Shown here piece by piece: positions 19,933-32,001 of a stretch of DNA of 64,000 nucleotides. The position numbers were made by a program, and so were the translations under genes. Under the pieces are notes generated by a model. That model had not been told where the DNA came from. It did no database searches and saw only the letters and a program-made list of their open reading frames with translations. Within the stretch, counting starts at the first letter, position 1, and every line of letters begins with the position of its first letter. The DNA lies in the sequence record MK250017.1, one strand, 5' to 3'.

Positions 19933-21849
19933 ATGACAACAAAGAAATTAACGATTGAACAGAAGTATAAAAGTATGACAGAAGTTGAACATATCCTCCA
20001 GAAATCTGGTATGTGGATCGGTTCAATTAATAAAGAAGATAAGAATTTATATGTTTATGACAATGATAATTGTAAGATGATTATGAAAACAGTCTCATAT
20101 ATTCCAGCGGTTTTAAAGTTAGTAGATGAGATTATTTCAAATTCAGTAGACGAATATAGAAGAATTGATAATTTAGGACTTACAAACCTTGATGTGAAAA
20201 TTGATACAAACGGTTTTATTACTATTAGAGATAATGGTGGTATTCCTGTTGTAAAACATAAAGAAGCTGGTATTTATGTACCTACCTTTTTGTTTGGTTC
20301 TCTGCGAACTTCATCAAATTATAATGATGATGATTCACGAGATGGTGTAGGAACAAATGGTGTAGGTTCTGCTATTACAAACGTATGGTCAACACAATAT
20401 GAAGTAAGTACAGCAGACGGAAAGAATTCATATCATCAAACATGGTCTAATAATATGAATATAAATGATGATCTAGAAATAAAGAAATGTTCGAAGAAAG
20501 ATCATTATACAGAAACAAAGTTTAAGTTAGATTTTAAGAGACTTCATGAAACAGTAGATACATGTTTCTCTGAAGATTTTATTAATATCATAGAGAAAAG
20601 ATGTATTGATGCTGCTGCTGCAAATGTTGGATTAAATGTACATTTTTCATATACAGATAATGACAAGGTTATCAGAGAATCAGAATGGCATTTCAAAACA
20701 TTTGATGAATATATTGAATTATTTACTGATTATGTAGATACAGAACAAATGTTGAAATTCTCTGATTCTATTATGCAAGTATGGGTATTTCCTGATAATG
20801 GAATTAATGTCGGATTTGTAAATGGTGCTGAATGTTCAAGAGGAACACATATCAGAGCCGTTAGAAATGAGATTAACAATGCTATTTCTGCTTATCTTTT
20901 ATCTAAAGAAAAGATTGACATTACACCAAAGAATGTAGATGGAAAGTATTCAATGTTCTGTACATTCCATGTTAATAATCCATCATATGATTCACAGACA
21001 AAGGAATGTTTGACAACTGTTGTTGAGAAATTCAGTAATGATTCTAAATATACATTTAAAGTTCCTGATGCATTTATTAAGAATGTATTAAAATCTGAGA
21101 TTGTTGATATAGTAATTGATTGGTATAAGCAAAAATGTGAAGTTGAAGATCAGAAAACACTTCGAAAACTTAATAGGCAAGCAAAGACTAAGATTAGAAA
21201 TAACGATAAATTCATTGATGCAAATTCAAAACGAACAGCAGATAGAGAACTTTGGATATTTGAGGGTGATTCTGCACGTGCAGGATTCAGAGGTGCTCGT
21301 GACCCACAAACACAAGCGGCATATATGTTGAGAGGTGTTATTTTGAATGTTATCGGATTACCGCCAACAAAAATTATGGCAAATAAAGAGTTATCTGATT
21401 TGTTTAATATTATCGGTTTACAATGGGGTGAACCAATCGATGTAAAGAAACTTAATTTCAGTAAATTAGTTATTGCAACAGATGCTGATTTTGATGGTAG
21501 TAAAATTGCTGGATTGCTTTTAACATTCTTTAATTTATGGCCAGAATTATTTGAAGCAGGAATTGTATGTAGAAGTATTACACATATTATTACTGCAACT
21601 AAAGGTAATGATGTACAAGGGTTCTTTACAATGGAAGACTTCAAAAAGAAAGAAGATAAATTAAAGGGTTATAAGATCACATATAATAAAGGTCTTGGTG
21701 GATTAACAGCAACAGAATATAAAGAGATGATGCGTAATCCTATTTTACATTATTATACTAAAGATGATTTAGCAGATATGACTATTAAATCATGGTTTGG
21801 TAAAGGTATTGCAAAAACTCGTAAAGATATGCTTAAAAATGAAGTTTAA
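19933..21849 (+). CDS. DNA topoisomerase II, ATPase/TOPRIM subunit (T4 gp39+60-like, GyrB-like)
   Basis: GHKL motifs EIISNSVDE, DNGGIP, GTNGVG; TOPRIM IFEGDSA, TDADFDG, YNKGLG. Confidence 0.95.
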   Translation: MTTKKLTIEQKYKSMTEVEHILQKSGMWIGSINKEDKNLYVYDNDNCKMIMKTVSYIPAVLKLVDEIISNSVDEYRRIDNLGLTNLDVKIDTNGFITIRDNGGIPVVKHKEAGIYVPTFLFGSLRTSSNYNDDDSRDGVGTNGVGSAITNVWSTQYEVSTADGKNSYHQTWSNNMNINDDLEIKKCSKKDHYTETKFKLDFKRLHETVDTCFSEDFINIIEKRCIDAAAANVGLNVHFSYTDNDKVIRESEWHFKTFDEYIELFTDYVDTEQMLKFSDSIMQVWVFPDNGINVGFVNGAECSRGTHIRAVRNEINNAISAYLLSKEKIDITPKNVDGKYSMFCTFHVNNPSYDSQTKECLTTVVEKFSNDSKYTFKVPDAFIKNVLKSEIVDIVIDWYKQKCEVEDQKTLRKLNRQAKTKIRNNDKFIDANSKRTADRELWIFEGDSARAGFRGARDPQTQAAYMLRGVILNVIGLPPTKIMANKELSDLFNIIGLQWGEPIDVKKLNFSKLVIATDADFDGSKIAGLLLTFFNLWPELFEAGIVCRSITHIITATKGNDVQGFFTMEDFKKKEDKLKGYKITYNKGLGGLTATEYKEMMRNPILHYYTKDDLADMTIKSWFGKGIAKTRKDMLKNEV

Positions 21850-21917
21850 TAACAATATTGAAATTCCATATGTTAAATATAAAAAACATATGGAATTTTT
21901 AATTATAAAAATAAAAA

Positions 21918-21927
21918 TGTATCTTTG
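21918..21927 (+). promoter_or_regulatory. Bacteroidetes-type -7 promoter element
   Basis: TGTATCTTTG upstream of folD. Confidence 0.7.
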
Positions 21928-21948
21928 TAAAAATAATTTAGGAATAAA

Positions 21949-22824
21949 ATGAAGTTAATAGATGGAAAACAAGTATCTACGGAAATTAAACAAAATATAA
22001 AAGTAAAAGTAGATAATATTATTAAAAATGGTGGTAGACCACCACATCTTGTTGCGATTCTTGTAGGATATGATGGTGGTTCTGAAACATATGTTAAAAA
22101 TAAAGTTAAAGCATGTGAAACATGTGGATTTAAAAGTACAGTATTGAGATTTGATTCAACTATTACAGAAGATGATTTACTTAATGAAATTCATAAATTA
22201 AATAATGATTCTGCAGTAGATGGTTTTATTGTACAACTTCCATTACCTAAACATATATCAGAAGATAAGATAACAGAAGCAATTGATTATAAAAAAGATG
22301 TAGATGGTTTTCATCCAGTTAATGTAGGACGATTAAATATAGGATTACCTTGTTTTATTTCTGCAACACCATATGGTATTATGGAATTGTTAAAATATTA
22401 TAATATTGAAACAAAAGGTAAACATTGTGTTATTATCGGACGTAGTAATATAGTGGGAAAACCAATGTCTACATTAATGGTTCAGAAGAATTTTGGTGAT
22501 GCAACAGTTACAGTTTGTCACAGTCATTCTGAAAATCTTAAAGATATATGTAAACAGGCAGATATATTAATCGCTGCTGTTGGTAAACCAGAATTTGTGA
22601 CAGCCGATATGGTAAAAGATAATGCAGTTGTTATTGATGTTGGTACAACAAGAATACCTGATAATAATAAGAAGTCAGGTTTCAGATTATGCGGAGATGT
22701 TAAATTTGATGAAGTATCACCAAAATGCAGTTATATAACACCTGTACCTGGTGGAGTAGGACCAATGACAATTTGTATGCTTATGAAAAATACGTTATTG
22801 GCAGCAAAGCATGAAATTTATTAA
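21949..22824 (+). CDS. folD: Methylenetetrahydrofolate dehydrogenase/cyclohydrolase
   Basis: [41 protein letters not shown]. Confidence 0.97.
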   Translation: MKLIDGKQVSTEIKQNIKVKVDNIIKNGGRPPHLVAILVGYDGGSETYVKNKVKACETCGFKSTVLRFDSTITEDDLLNEIHKLNNDSAVDGFIVQLPLPKHISEDKITEAIDYKKDVDGFHPVNVGRLNIGLPCFISATPYGIMELLKYYNIETKGKHCVIIGRSNIVGKPMSTLMVQKNFGDATVTVCHSHSENLKDICKQADILIAAVGKPEFVTADMVKDNAVVIDVGTTRIPDNNKKSGFRLCGDVKFDEVSPKCSYITPVPGGVGPMTICMLMKNTLLAAKHEIY

Positions 22825-22840
22825 TTAAAAATAATACATT

Positions 22841-23407
22841 ATGACAATTATATTTTCAAATATGTTAGATTCTGATTGTCAGGTTCTTAGATGTACATGG
22901 CAAAATATATCTGATGTTAATATAGTAGAAATTACACCAGATATGAATATAGATGAAGTAGAAACTTCTGTTAATAATGCAATTATAGCAGAAGATGATA
23001 CTATTATATTTTTAGGTCATGGAACTGAATATGGTTTATTATTTCCTGATTTCTATAAAGGACTATATATTTTGCATGATGAAAATGTAAATTTAATTCA
23101 TGCTAAAAATGTGATTTGTTGTTGGTGTCATGCATCTTCTTTTGTAAATAGACATAGTGATCATTTACATAATACATTTGCTACATCTATGTATATTTCA
23201 AATGAGCATGAAGCATATGATAATGCAATATATGATTATTCACAGAATGATATTGATTTAAATGGTATACGTTTTTATGCAAATATAAATCAATTACTGA
23301 TTGATAAAATACCGTTAGATCAATGGGTAATGATTTTAGGAGCAAAAATGGATATTGAAAATGAAATAGATGTTTTTAATAGACAAGGTCTATTTTATCA
23401 AGAATAA
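22841..23407 (+). CDS. Hypothetical protein, possible caspase-fold (CHAT-like) cysteine protease
   Basis: IIFLGHG and ICCWCHA resemble the His-Gly / Cys dyad context. Confidence 0.35.
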   Translation: MTIIFSNMLDSDCQVLRCTWQNISDVNIVEITPDMNIDEVETSVNNAIIAEDDTIIFLGHGTEYGLLFPDFYKGLYILHDENVNLIHAKNVICCWCHASSFVNRHSDHLHNTFATSMYISNEHEAYDNAIYDYSQNDIDLNGIRFYANINQLLIDKIPLDQWVMILGAKMDIENEIDVFNRQGLFYQE

Positions 23408-23447
23408 AAAAATAAAGGATAAGAATTTTAATTCTTATCCTTTTTAA

Positions 23448-24908
23448 TTATACTAATTTTCCTTTTTGTATATCTTCTTTTATAATATTAAATACTTTTT
23501 CTGCAAATGTATCCAAATCTGATACAACACAACTATAATATGCATCTTCATGATAACCAGAATATGTTCTGTCTGTATATGTAAATTCATATTCATCTGA
23601 AGCAGATAATGAAGTAAGATGGTTTAATGTATCTGTACTGTCTCTATCAGAACTTCCTGACTGCATATATACATGTATAAAACATTTACCATTTGAACTA
23701 TTATAATATAAATCTTTAATAGCACCACTCCAGTCATTATAATTACAATATATTTTCTTATCTGGATTATTTTCCAAAATTGTTTTTATCTATGATTTAA
23801 ACCATTGGAAATAATTAGATGGATTTGTTTCCATCTTATATTTTAATAATGTTTTTTCACTATTAGCTGCATTTTCAGATTCATTACCATTTAATTTATA
23901 TAAAATATATGGTTTAACAATATAAAGATAAACACCTTCACATAATACTTTAAATAAATTAGGTTTTTCATTAAAATATGAATATGATGTTAATGAATAC
24001 TTAAATAAGTTTGTCAATTCAAAATCTCTCTTAAAATCTCGTCTTCTTGCATCAGGTGCAAATGAAGCGGCTTCATATTCAACAAAACAATTATATGAAT
24101 CTGGATCAATTTCAAGATTAAAATATTGATCATAACCGTCATAACCTCTTCTGACATAACCTACATTTTTCCTAATAGCAAATAAATGTTTATCAGAAAA
24201 ACCAGTTAACTTATTAAAATTAATTATATCATCTCTTAATAAATCAACGAATTTAATAGCATCATTATGACATTTCTTTAATAAGCTATTAACATATGAC
24301 TCAATATCACTTTGACATTTTTTATATACTTTATTATATTCGCTTACATATGAAGCTGATTTTACATCAAAATCATCATATAATGAAGTAGGTATATGTT
24401 GTATTAATATTTCAAGTTTTGTAATATATTTTTTACTTACTTTGCTTCTTGTTGATGTTGTACGAGTTTTTCTAACAGGTTTAACAATATCTGGTTCAGA
24501 CTATACTACAGGTATTGACTATATAGGTTTAGTATTAGATGTAATACCCATATTTATATTATATAAGTCTTGTATTTCTGATATAGTTCCACCTAATTCT
24601 AATATTCGATGACCAAATAAATTAAATACCTTAATTTTATCCATATCTCTTTCTGTTTTTGGACATGGTTTCTTCATAATAATAAGAGCTGCAACATATC
24701 TTTCAATTAAATCCTATTTTGTTAATTTTTTCATAGGTTTAACGAATTCACATTCAGTCACTTTATTTCTTGAACAAACTGATGCAACACTTAACCATAA
24801 TTTTCTATCTAATGTTCTGTGATCTATTTTCTTTGCCATCTCATTTAAAATATTTCTGACAGAATATGTATATAGTTTTTTATTTATTGCTTTATCAAAT
24901 AATGACAT
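23448..24908 (-). CDS. TAG-recoded 486-aa hypothetical protein with RYVA-domain
   Basis: Fragments 24714-24908, 23790-24017 and 23448-23777 are one frame joined by 4 TAG. Confidence 0.65.
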
Positions 24909-24949
24909 AATAATATTATTCTTTTTTATAATATATTTATTAAAAATAA

Positions 24950-25708
24950 TTAACTATTAAAGACTGGTCTTATTGTGAATGCATAAAAACGTGGTTCCTA
25001 TATTATATGTGGTACTTCACTTTCATATTTTATATCATTTGAAAAATATAAACTTTGTGCATATGCTTTAATGTTATTTCTATATGTATTCATATATTTA
25101 GGATCTGATGTATTATAAGAAGTCCAGTAATTACCGTATCCATAACCAGAAAAACCTTCAGTAACACTTCCAGCAGCAGGTAAATATATAAATTCTTTAT
25201 TACCTCGTTTTTTAGATGTTATTTTATAACCAGGTATTATATTACCATTAGTATCACACCATTTCCAATTACAATATTTAATTAATTCTTCAAACTATTC
25301 CGGTGTTGGTATTTTATAATTTCCATTTGTTTCCTAATAAGCAGCATCATCTATATCTTCTAATTGGTAATGAACTTTATTCTTAGAATATTTTATAAAT
25401 GTTTTATTATTTCCAGATGGATTAAATTTTGTATAATCTGTTTTAAATATACGCTTAGCATGTACTGGTTCTGTATATCCCCATTGATAGTAATTACCTG
25501 GATCTGTTTCAGTTTCTGCACCTAGATTTTTAGTACACCATAATGTTCCAGAAGGTAAACCTAAATTTACAAATTTATAATTATTTGATATATTATCTAT
25601 TATTGTAGTATTATCATCTAATATAATATCATCGTCTATATCATCAAATAAACTTTCATATATTGCGGTTTTAATAGACTCTATTAATTTATTATATAAT
25701 AATGACAT
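24950..25708 (-). CDS. TAG-recoded protein with Bacteroidetes LGLPSGTLW domain (252 aa)
   Basis: VNLGLPSGTLWCTKNLGA, IPTPE(TAG)FEEL, IYLPAAG, YWTS, IRPV; 3 TAG. Confidence 0.7.
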
Positions 25709-25767
25709 AAAAATATAAAAACTTTTATTATTTATTTTATTATAATATGTGATTAATTATATTGAAT

Positions 25768-26640
25768 ATGAAGAAAATATTTAAGTTAAATAATAATATT
25801 TGTGATCAGATACTTAATGAAGCACAAATACATTTTACTAAAAATTGTTCAAACAGATGTCCTTTCTGTATTGATGCATTTAATAATGGTGTTGGAAATA
25901 AAAAACCAGATATAGATAAGATCTTTTTATCAGTATTAAACATAAAAGATAAAATAGATGATATTGCAATATCAGGTGGTGAACCAATGCTTTATATTGA
26001 TGAACTGTTACAATTAGTCAGAAATATAAAAAGATTTGCAAAATTAAATGTTACTGTTATTACATCAATGCCTATTACATGTTGGACACATAAAGAAACA
26101 TTTTTCGAAATAATAAAGATAATAGATCATCTTATTATTTCACCACAACATTATGATCAGGAAATTGGTGATAAAATCAGAGGTTGTAATTCATTTTATA
26201 ATAGAGAAAAATTATTCAGTGAAATACCATATAAAAATAAAGTTTCATTAACTATTAATATTATAAAAGGTTATTTCAATGATAAACAAGATATTATAGA
26301 TAATATAAAGTTTTTTGAAAAATTAGGTTATTCTAATTTCAAATTAGCAGAAATATTTGAACATGATGAACTTTATGTTTCCATAGAGGATTTATTAGGT
26401 TTTAAATTACCTTCTCCTTTTTCATATGGATGTTCAACAAAACATTTTGATCTATCTCCATATTTAGGATATAATTCAAATTCTGATTTTACTATTAAAC
26501 GATGCTGTTTTTATAAGACTCATAAACAACATGCGTCTATTAATGATTTATTGAAAATATTAATCAGACCATTTTTTGCAAAAAAATATTTTTTCTGTAT
26601 TATATATGAAGATGGAAAAATTGTCAGAAGATGGTTCTAA
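25768..26640 (+). CDS. Radical SAM protein
   Basis: CSNRCPFC (CxxxCxxC), ISGGEP. Confidence 0.85.
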   Translation: MKKIFKLNNNICDQILNEAQIHFTKNCSNRCPFCIDAFNNGVGNKKPDIDKIFLSVLNIKDKIDDIAISGGEPMLYIDELLQLVRNIKRFAKLNVTVITSMPITCWTHKETFFEIIKIIDHLIISPQHYDQEIGDKIRGCNSFYNREKLFSEIPYKNKVSLTINIIKGYFNDKQDIIDNIKFFEKLGYSNFKLAEIFEHDELYVSIEDLLGFKLPSPFSYGCSTKHFDLSPYLGYNSNSDFTIKRCCFYKTHKQHASINDLLKILIRPFFAKKYFFCIIYEDGKIVRRWF

Positions 26641-26661
26641 AAATAAAATTAGTTAATAATT

Positions 26662-27123
26662 ATGGATGTTAGAAAAATATTAGATAATATTACCAAATAT
26701 ATAGGTGATTATATTGCATCACATGCAGATAGAAATGAACTATTGAATAGTTATAATACTATAACAAAAATTGATAGTGCAATTAAAAATATTGATAGTA
26801 CATTGGAAACAATAGATGATAATGAATTATCAGATCGATTAAAAGAATATAAACATAAGAAGGAAGAAGAAAAAGAAAAGATAATGGATGAATTACTGTA
26901 TAAAGTATTACCTAAACCTTCTGTTATTGATATTAATGATTATTCAACAGATGGAAGTAATTATTATACATTAAATAGTAAGGAAAAAAATACACTAAAT
27001 TTTAAAGAAGTAATTAAAGAAAAACCAAAAGAAAAACCAATAACTACCAGAGATTATTATGAAACATATTCAGGTGGATGTGGAAATACATATGGTGGTT
27101 TTTCTCGTTCTGGAGGATGTTAA
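26662..27123 (+). CDS. Hypothetical coiled-coil protein with Gly/Cys C-terminal tail
   Basis: Ends SGGCGNTYGGFSRSGGC; adjacent to radical SAM gene. Confidence 0.55.
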   Translation: MDVRKILDNITKYIGDYIASHADRNELLNSYNTITKIDSAIKNIDSTLETIDDNELSDRLKEYKHKKEEEKEKIMDELLYKVLPKPSVIDINDYSTDGSNYYTLNSKEKNTLNFKEVIKEKPKEKPITTRDYYETYSGGCGNTYGGFSRSGGC

Positions 27124-27278
27124 ATAATAAATTCAATAAATTAATAAACTAATAAATTATGAAATTTTTATTTTTTATATTTTTTATGTACATTATTATA
27201 AAGTTATTTAATAACAATAATAATAATTCAAATTTAAGTTTAAATTAAATGAGTATACTATTTTAAATAAAGCACATT

Positions 27279-28214
27279 ATGACAAAAGATGATTTAATAA
27301 AGAAATTTCCTATACCACAATTTAGTAAGTTTCCTGATAACAAAATAAATGAATTAATAGATTTATGCCTTGATACAGCAAAATCATATCATCAGATAAA
27401 TGAGATAATTTATAATTATATCAAATATAATTTTGCACATTCAACATATTTGATATATGAAAGTGATACAGTTGATGGAGAACTGTCAAAAGATGAATTT
27501 GAAAATAATTTCAATTATGAAAGTTTTAATGCATGGTATTATGGATATTTGTCTAAAGATAATTATAATACATTGTTAAAGTATGGTGAATATTTAAATG
27601 GAAGAACAATAGATATTCCTACATATTCAATACAAGATTGGATTAAAGATGTTGAAATTTATTTTAAGTTAACACATAAATCTCATAGAACATTATTTGA
27701 TGCATGTAAACTTATTTCTGATATTGTATATAAAGATGTTTTTGATGAGAATTACCAAAGTCTTAGAACAAAGTATCATACTAAACAAACATTAATGCTT
27801 CAGGGATTGGGTATTCTGTTGAAACAGAATTCAATGTCGAAAGTAACAAATGAAAATAAAGAAAAGTTTTATAAAGAATTAATGAAATATTTCATGTATC
27901 CTAAATATTTTGGTTATATGAAAGAAAATTACAGATATTCATTATCAAAGAAAAAACTTCCAAAGAAGACAAAGAAATTTTTACATAATCCTATGGTAAA
28001 CAATATATCCGGTCGAAATAGATTTAATAAGATTAAACAGAATCTTTTTTATAATCGTATATATTCTGATTATGGACCATATGGAGAATTTCTTAATATA
28101 TTCAGAAACGCAGGAATATCAGATGAGATTGCAAGAAAAATTTGTCCTTGGAAAGAATCTGCTATGATTAATTTTGAGGATATGTCAGTTGTTGTAAATG
28201 GTATATATTATTAA
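27279..28214 (+). CDS. Hypothetical protein
   Basis: 311-aa ORF. Confidence 0.6.
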   Translation: MTKDDLIKKFPIPQFSKFPDNKINELIDLCLDTAKSYHQINEIIYNYIKYNFAHSTYLIYESDTVDGELSKDEFENNFNYESFNAWYYGYLSKDNYNTLLKYGEYLNGRTIDIPTYSIQDWIKDVEIYFKLTHKSHRTLFDACKLISDIVYKDVFDENYQSLRTKYHTKQTLMLQGLGILLKQNSMSKVTNENKEKFYKELMKYFMYPKYFGYMKENYRYSLSKKKLPKKTKKFLHNPMVNNISGRNRFNKIKQNLFYNRIYSDYGPYGEFLNIFRNAGISDEIARKICPWKESAMINFEDMSVVVNGIYY

Positions 28215-28215
28215 T

Positions 28216-29382
28216 ATGAATGATAATCAATAGATAAATGATGATTATATAGTTTCTTTATTTTTTACAAGTAAAACAAATCCAAATAGAATAAGGAAAA
28301 CAACATCATACATTATAGATAATAATGATGATATAAAAAATTATCTTATAAATAGGTTTCCTGATTTCAGAAATGATTTTAAAGAAGTTTTACACAGAAT
28401 AAAATATAACATAGAAGAAATACCAAAATGCCCTATATGTGGCAACCCATTAAAGTATTATGGTCTTTCTTCTATGTTATATGGTAAAACATGTTCTCGA
28501 AAATGTCAATATGAATATATGAAAACAGAAGAGTTTCAAAGTAAAATGGATTATACATCGTACATGAGTAATCCAGAAAATATTAAGCGAATACAAGAAA
28601 AAAGGAAACAGAAAATTGATGGAATAAAAGAAAAAACAAAAAGAACTCTTCTTGAACGATATGGTGATTCACACTATAATAATCGAAATAAATGTAGACA
28701 AACATGTTTAGAAAAATATGGTGTTGATAGTCCCATGTTATTAGATTCAGTAAAAAATAAAATTAAAGAAACTAATATTAAACGATATGGTGTCGAATGG
28801 TCTGCACAAAATAAAGAAATAAATCAAAAAACAATTAATACACAAATTAAAAAATATGGTGGTGTTTTCAATCCTGAAAAAGTAAAGAAAACGAATATAG
28901 AGAAATATGGTGTAGAAAAACCATTTATGTCATCTGATATACAAAATAAAGTTAGGAGTAAAATAGATATTATTTTACAAAAAGTAAATAATACTAAACG
29001 TATAAATGGAACATTTAATTCATCTAATACAGAGAAAATTTCTAAAACATTATTAATCGAAAAATTTGGTGTGAATAATGTAATTGAACAATATAAATCA
29101 GATTTATATCCATTTTATTGTGATTTCTATATTAAAAATTTAGATTTATATATTGAATGTAACTATCATTGGACACATGGTGGACATATATTTAATAAAG
29201 ATAATATAAATGATATTGAAAAATTAAATAAATGGAAGCAAAAGAATACAAAATTTTATAATAATGCTATAGAAGTATGGACTAAACGAGATCAATTAAA
29301 AATAAAAACAGCAAAAGATAATAATTTAAATTATAAAGCATTTTATTCATTAGACGAATTAAAACAATATTTAGAAATTTAA
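28216..29382 (+). CDS. Free-standing homing-endonuclease-like protein (zinc ribbon, KYGV repeats, C-terminal PD-(D/E)xK/Vsr-like nuclease)
   Basis: ATG 28216 with one TAG extends the track ORF; IPKCPICG...KTCSRKC; repeated KYGV; FYCDFYIKNLDLYIECNYHWTH. Confidence 0.75.
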
Positions 29383-29416
29383 TTATAAATATAAGAAATA
29401 AAATTTTAATTATTAA

Positions 29417-30841
29417 ATGAAAGTAACAACAAAGAAAGCTAAAGGTTTAGATGCACATATTATTAATGATAGTAATAAAAAAATAGTAAGAACTATAACA
29501 GATTTTTTAAATACAGATTATAAAGATTATACAAAGTATGTAATTGCAACACGAGCATTACCTAGTTTACTAGACGGCTTTAAAGTAGGCGCAAGAAAAA
29601 TTATGCATGCAGCTTTCCACGGAGGAATGAAAAACGGAAAGGAAATTAAGAATTTAAATCTTGTAGGTGATGTTTATAATTTAACTCTGTACATGCATGG
29701 TGACGCTAGTTTAACAAACACTATATTCACCCTTGCAGCAGAATTTCGTGATAATCTTAATCCTATTACTATAACAGGTCAGCATGGTTCATTACGAGAT
29801 GAAAAAGCCGTTTCTGCTCCTCGTTATCTTTTCTGTAAGTTATCACCATATGCAAATTTATATAAAGCAGATGAGGATCTTTTGGAATATGTGTTTGATG
29901 AAGGTACATATCTTGAGCCTGTAAATTATTGGCCAATTATTCCTACTGTAATTACATCTAGATCAGAAGGTATGGCACCTGGTTATAAATTCAGTTCATT
30001 TTCATATAATCCTGTTGATGTTATTGATGCATGTATTGAAATGTTGAATACTGGTGATATTAAAGAAACTGTGATTAGACCATATGTTAGAGGTATTAGT
30101 GAAGATAGGTTTACATTTGATACAGACGTAAATAAATGGTTAAATTCTGGTGTATATAAAGTAGATATTAAGAATGATATATTTCAGGTAACTGATTTGC
30201 CATATGATACAGGTTTTGATAAGTTTGAGAAACGTCTTAATGATATGGTTGAAAAAGGATTTCTTAAAGATTGGAAGAATTATTCACAGGATGATAAGTT
30301 GAATTATTGGTTAATTTTCCCTAAGAAACAACTTGAGCGTGAGATGAAACCAGATCGAAAAGATAAACTTTTTAAGAAAATAGGACTATATACATATGTA
30401 CCAGATGATTTGTTATATGTTCTTGATGAAAATAAGAAGGTAAAACATTTCATTAATAAAGAAGAACTTATAAAGTATTTTGTTAATATTCGTCTTAATA
30501 AGTATAATGATCGAAAAGATCGGTTAGTTACTGTTATGGAGAAACGATATGAAGATAACAACAATCTTTGTAGATTCATTGAATTGGTTAATAATGGAGA
30601 TTTGATTATTTCTAACAGAAAGAGAAAGGATGTTGTAGCAGATTTGAAGAAATATGATTTACCTGATTCTGTTTTACAAATTCAAATTTCTAAGTTAACT
30701 GATGAAGAGAAAAAAGAATTAATTAAGAAAAACAAAGAGATAGAAAAAGAGCTTAAGTATATTAAGAAAACAACCATAAAGGATATGTATCTTGATGATT
30801 TGAGGAATTTAAGAAAGACTCTTGAAACTGAATTTTGTTAA
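29417..30841 (+). CDS. DNA topoisomerase II, breakage-reunion subunit (T4 gp52-like, GyrA-like)
   Basis: RALPSLLDGFK, YMHGDASL, catalytic SAPRYL. Confidence 0.93.
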   Translation: MKVTTKKAKGLDAHIINDSNKKIVRTITDFLNTDYKDYTKYVIATRALPSLLDGFKVGARKIMHAAFHGGMKNGKEIKNLNLVGDVYNLTLYMHGDASLTNTIFTLAAEFRDNLNPITITGQHGSLRDEKAVSAPRYLFCKLSPYANLYKADEDLLEYVFDEGTYLEPVNYWPIIPTVITSRSEGMAPGYKFSSFSYNPVDVIDACIEMLNTGDIKETVIRPYVRGISEDRFTFDTDVNKWLNSGVYKVDIKNDIFQVTDLPYDTGFDKFEKRLNDMVEKGFLKDWKNYSQDDKLNYWLIFPKKQLEREMKPDRKDKLFKKIGLYTYVPDDLLYVLDENKKVKHFINKEELIKYFVNIRLNKYNDRKDRLVTVMEKRYEDNNNLCRFIELVNNGDLIISNRKRKDVVADLKKYDLPDSVLQIQISKLTDEEKKELIKKNKEIEKELKYIKKTTIKDMYLDDLRNLRKTLETEFC

Positions 30842-31644
30842 TGGAAAATTTATTTGATGACGATATTTTATTAAATGATGATAATGATGTTACTTCAGTG
30901 TTTGGTGATACTGCGGTAACATCATTATCTAATTTAGTTAATGATAATTTGAATTATCTTAAATTCAATAGTTATATAAATAATGATATTTATAAACGAC
31001 ATAATGCTTTTTATGCTTATATGGATTCATTTGAAGGCTATGGACAATATAAAAATTATTTTGACGTTGTGACATTTGATGTTAATAGTCCTTATAGTAT
31101 TTCATTGAATATAAAGGGATTATTAGGTGAAAAATATCACTGTAGACATTATAAGAATTGTTTATTAGGTGTTATAGATACTAATATAATTAAAGCTATA
31201 CCACATATTACAAATATTAATATAGAACCTTTATATGATTTTTATGAAGTAAATGAAAAATGTACGAAATTTTTAATATTCATGACATTATCAAAATATC
31301 GTGATAAAAATAAAAGTAATTTAATAGATGATGAATTTATTGAGAATATAAAAGAGTTTATATTAAATTTTAAAGATAATAACATATATTATGAATTAGT
31401 ATTTGAAAATGTAGTATTTGAATTTGAATCAATTAAAAAATTTAATAATTTATTACCATCTAATATAAAAATTCAAATAACAGGAGATTGTAAAATACAT
31501 CTACCAGATGATATTATTGCTAAATATAAACAAGTTCAACAAGATATGCAAATTTCATTATTTGCTAATACATATCCTGACTTTGATGATTGTGATAATA
31601 TTACATTTAATATATTTTCAGTACTTAAAGATTTGAGATATTAA
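30835..31644 (+). CDS. Hypothetical protein with LFDD leader
   Basis: MLMENLFDDDILLNDD start. Confidence 0.6.
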   Translation: MLMENLFDDDILLNDDNDVTSVFGDTAVTSLSNLVNDNLNYLKFNSYINNDIYKRHNAFYAYMDSFEGYGQYKNYFDVVTFDVNSPYSISLNIKGLLGEKYHCRHYKNCLLGVIDTNIIKAIPHITNINIEPLYDFYEVNEKCTKFLIFMTLSKYRDKNKSNLIDDEFIENIKEFILNFKDNNIYYELVFENVVFEFESIKKFNNLLPSNIKIQITGDCKIHLPDDIIAKYKQVQQDMQISLFANTYPDFDDCDNITFNIFSVLKDLRY

Positions 31645-31943
31645 AATAAAGAATTCGAATTAACATTATCATCAACAATTTCATATGCATGAGAAATAAA
31701 TGAATCAATATCAGTATCTTCTTTAAGGATAACTTTTGTTTGTAACATATCTAAATATCCTTTATTAATATTTTCATAAATAGGAATTTTATTTTTCTCA
31801 AAATCTTTATGAATAATAATATAAGGACAAAAGCTAAATTCTGATAAGTATGATTCTTGATAACCTATGTTATGGAGTTTAGATAATAGTTTATTTAAGT
31901 CAGATACATTATTAATATGAATATAGTATATTTTATAAAACAT
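31641..31943 (-). CDS. Hypothetical protein
   Basis: 100-aa ORF. Confidence 0.45.
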   Translation of the reverse strand: MFYKIYYIHINNVSDLNKLLSKLHNIGYQESYLSEFSFCPYIIIHKDFEKNKIPIYENINKGYLDMLQTKVILKEDTDIDSFISHAYEIVDDNVNSNSLF

Positions 31944-32001
31944 TTTATTTAAATTATTTATAAATTATATAGTTAAATTAACGAAAAGATTATAAAAAGT
32001 A

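Noticed and set aside
24950-25110. Second DGR variable region in the LGLPSGTLW-domain gene
   Set aside because: The C-terminal codons keep the normal A/T-ending bias with no AAY/NNG signature.
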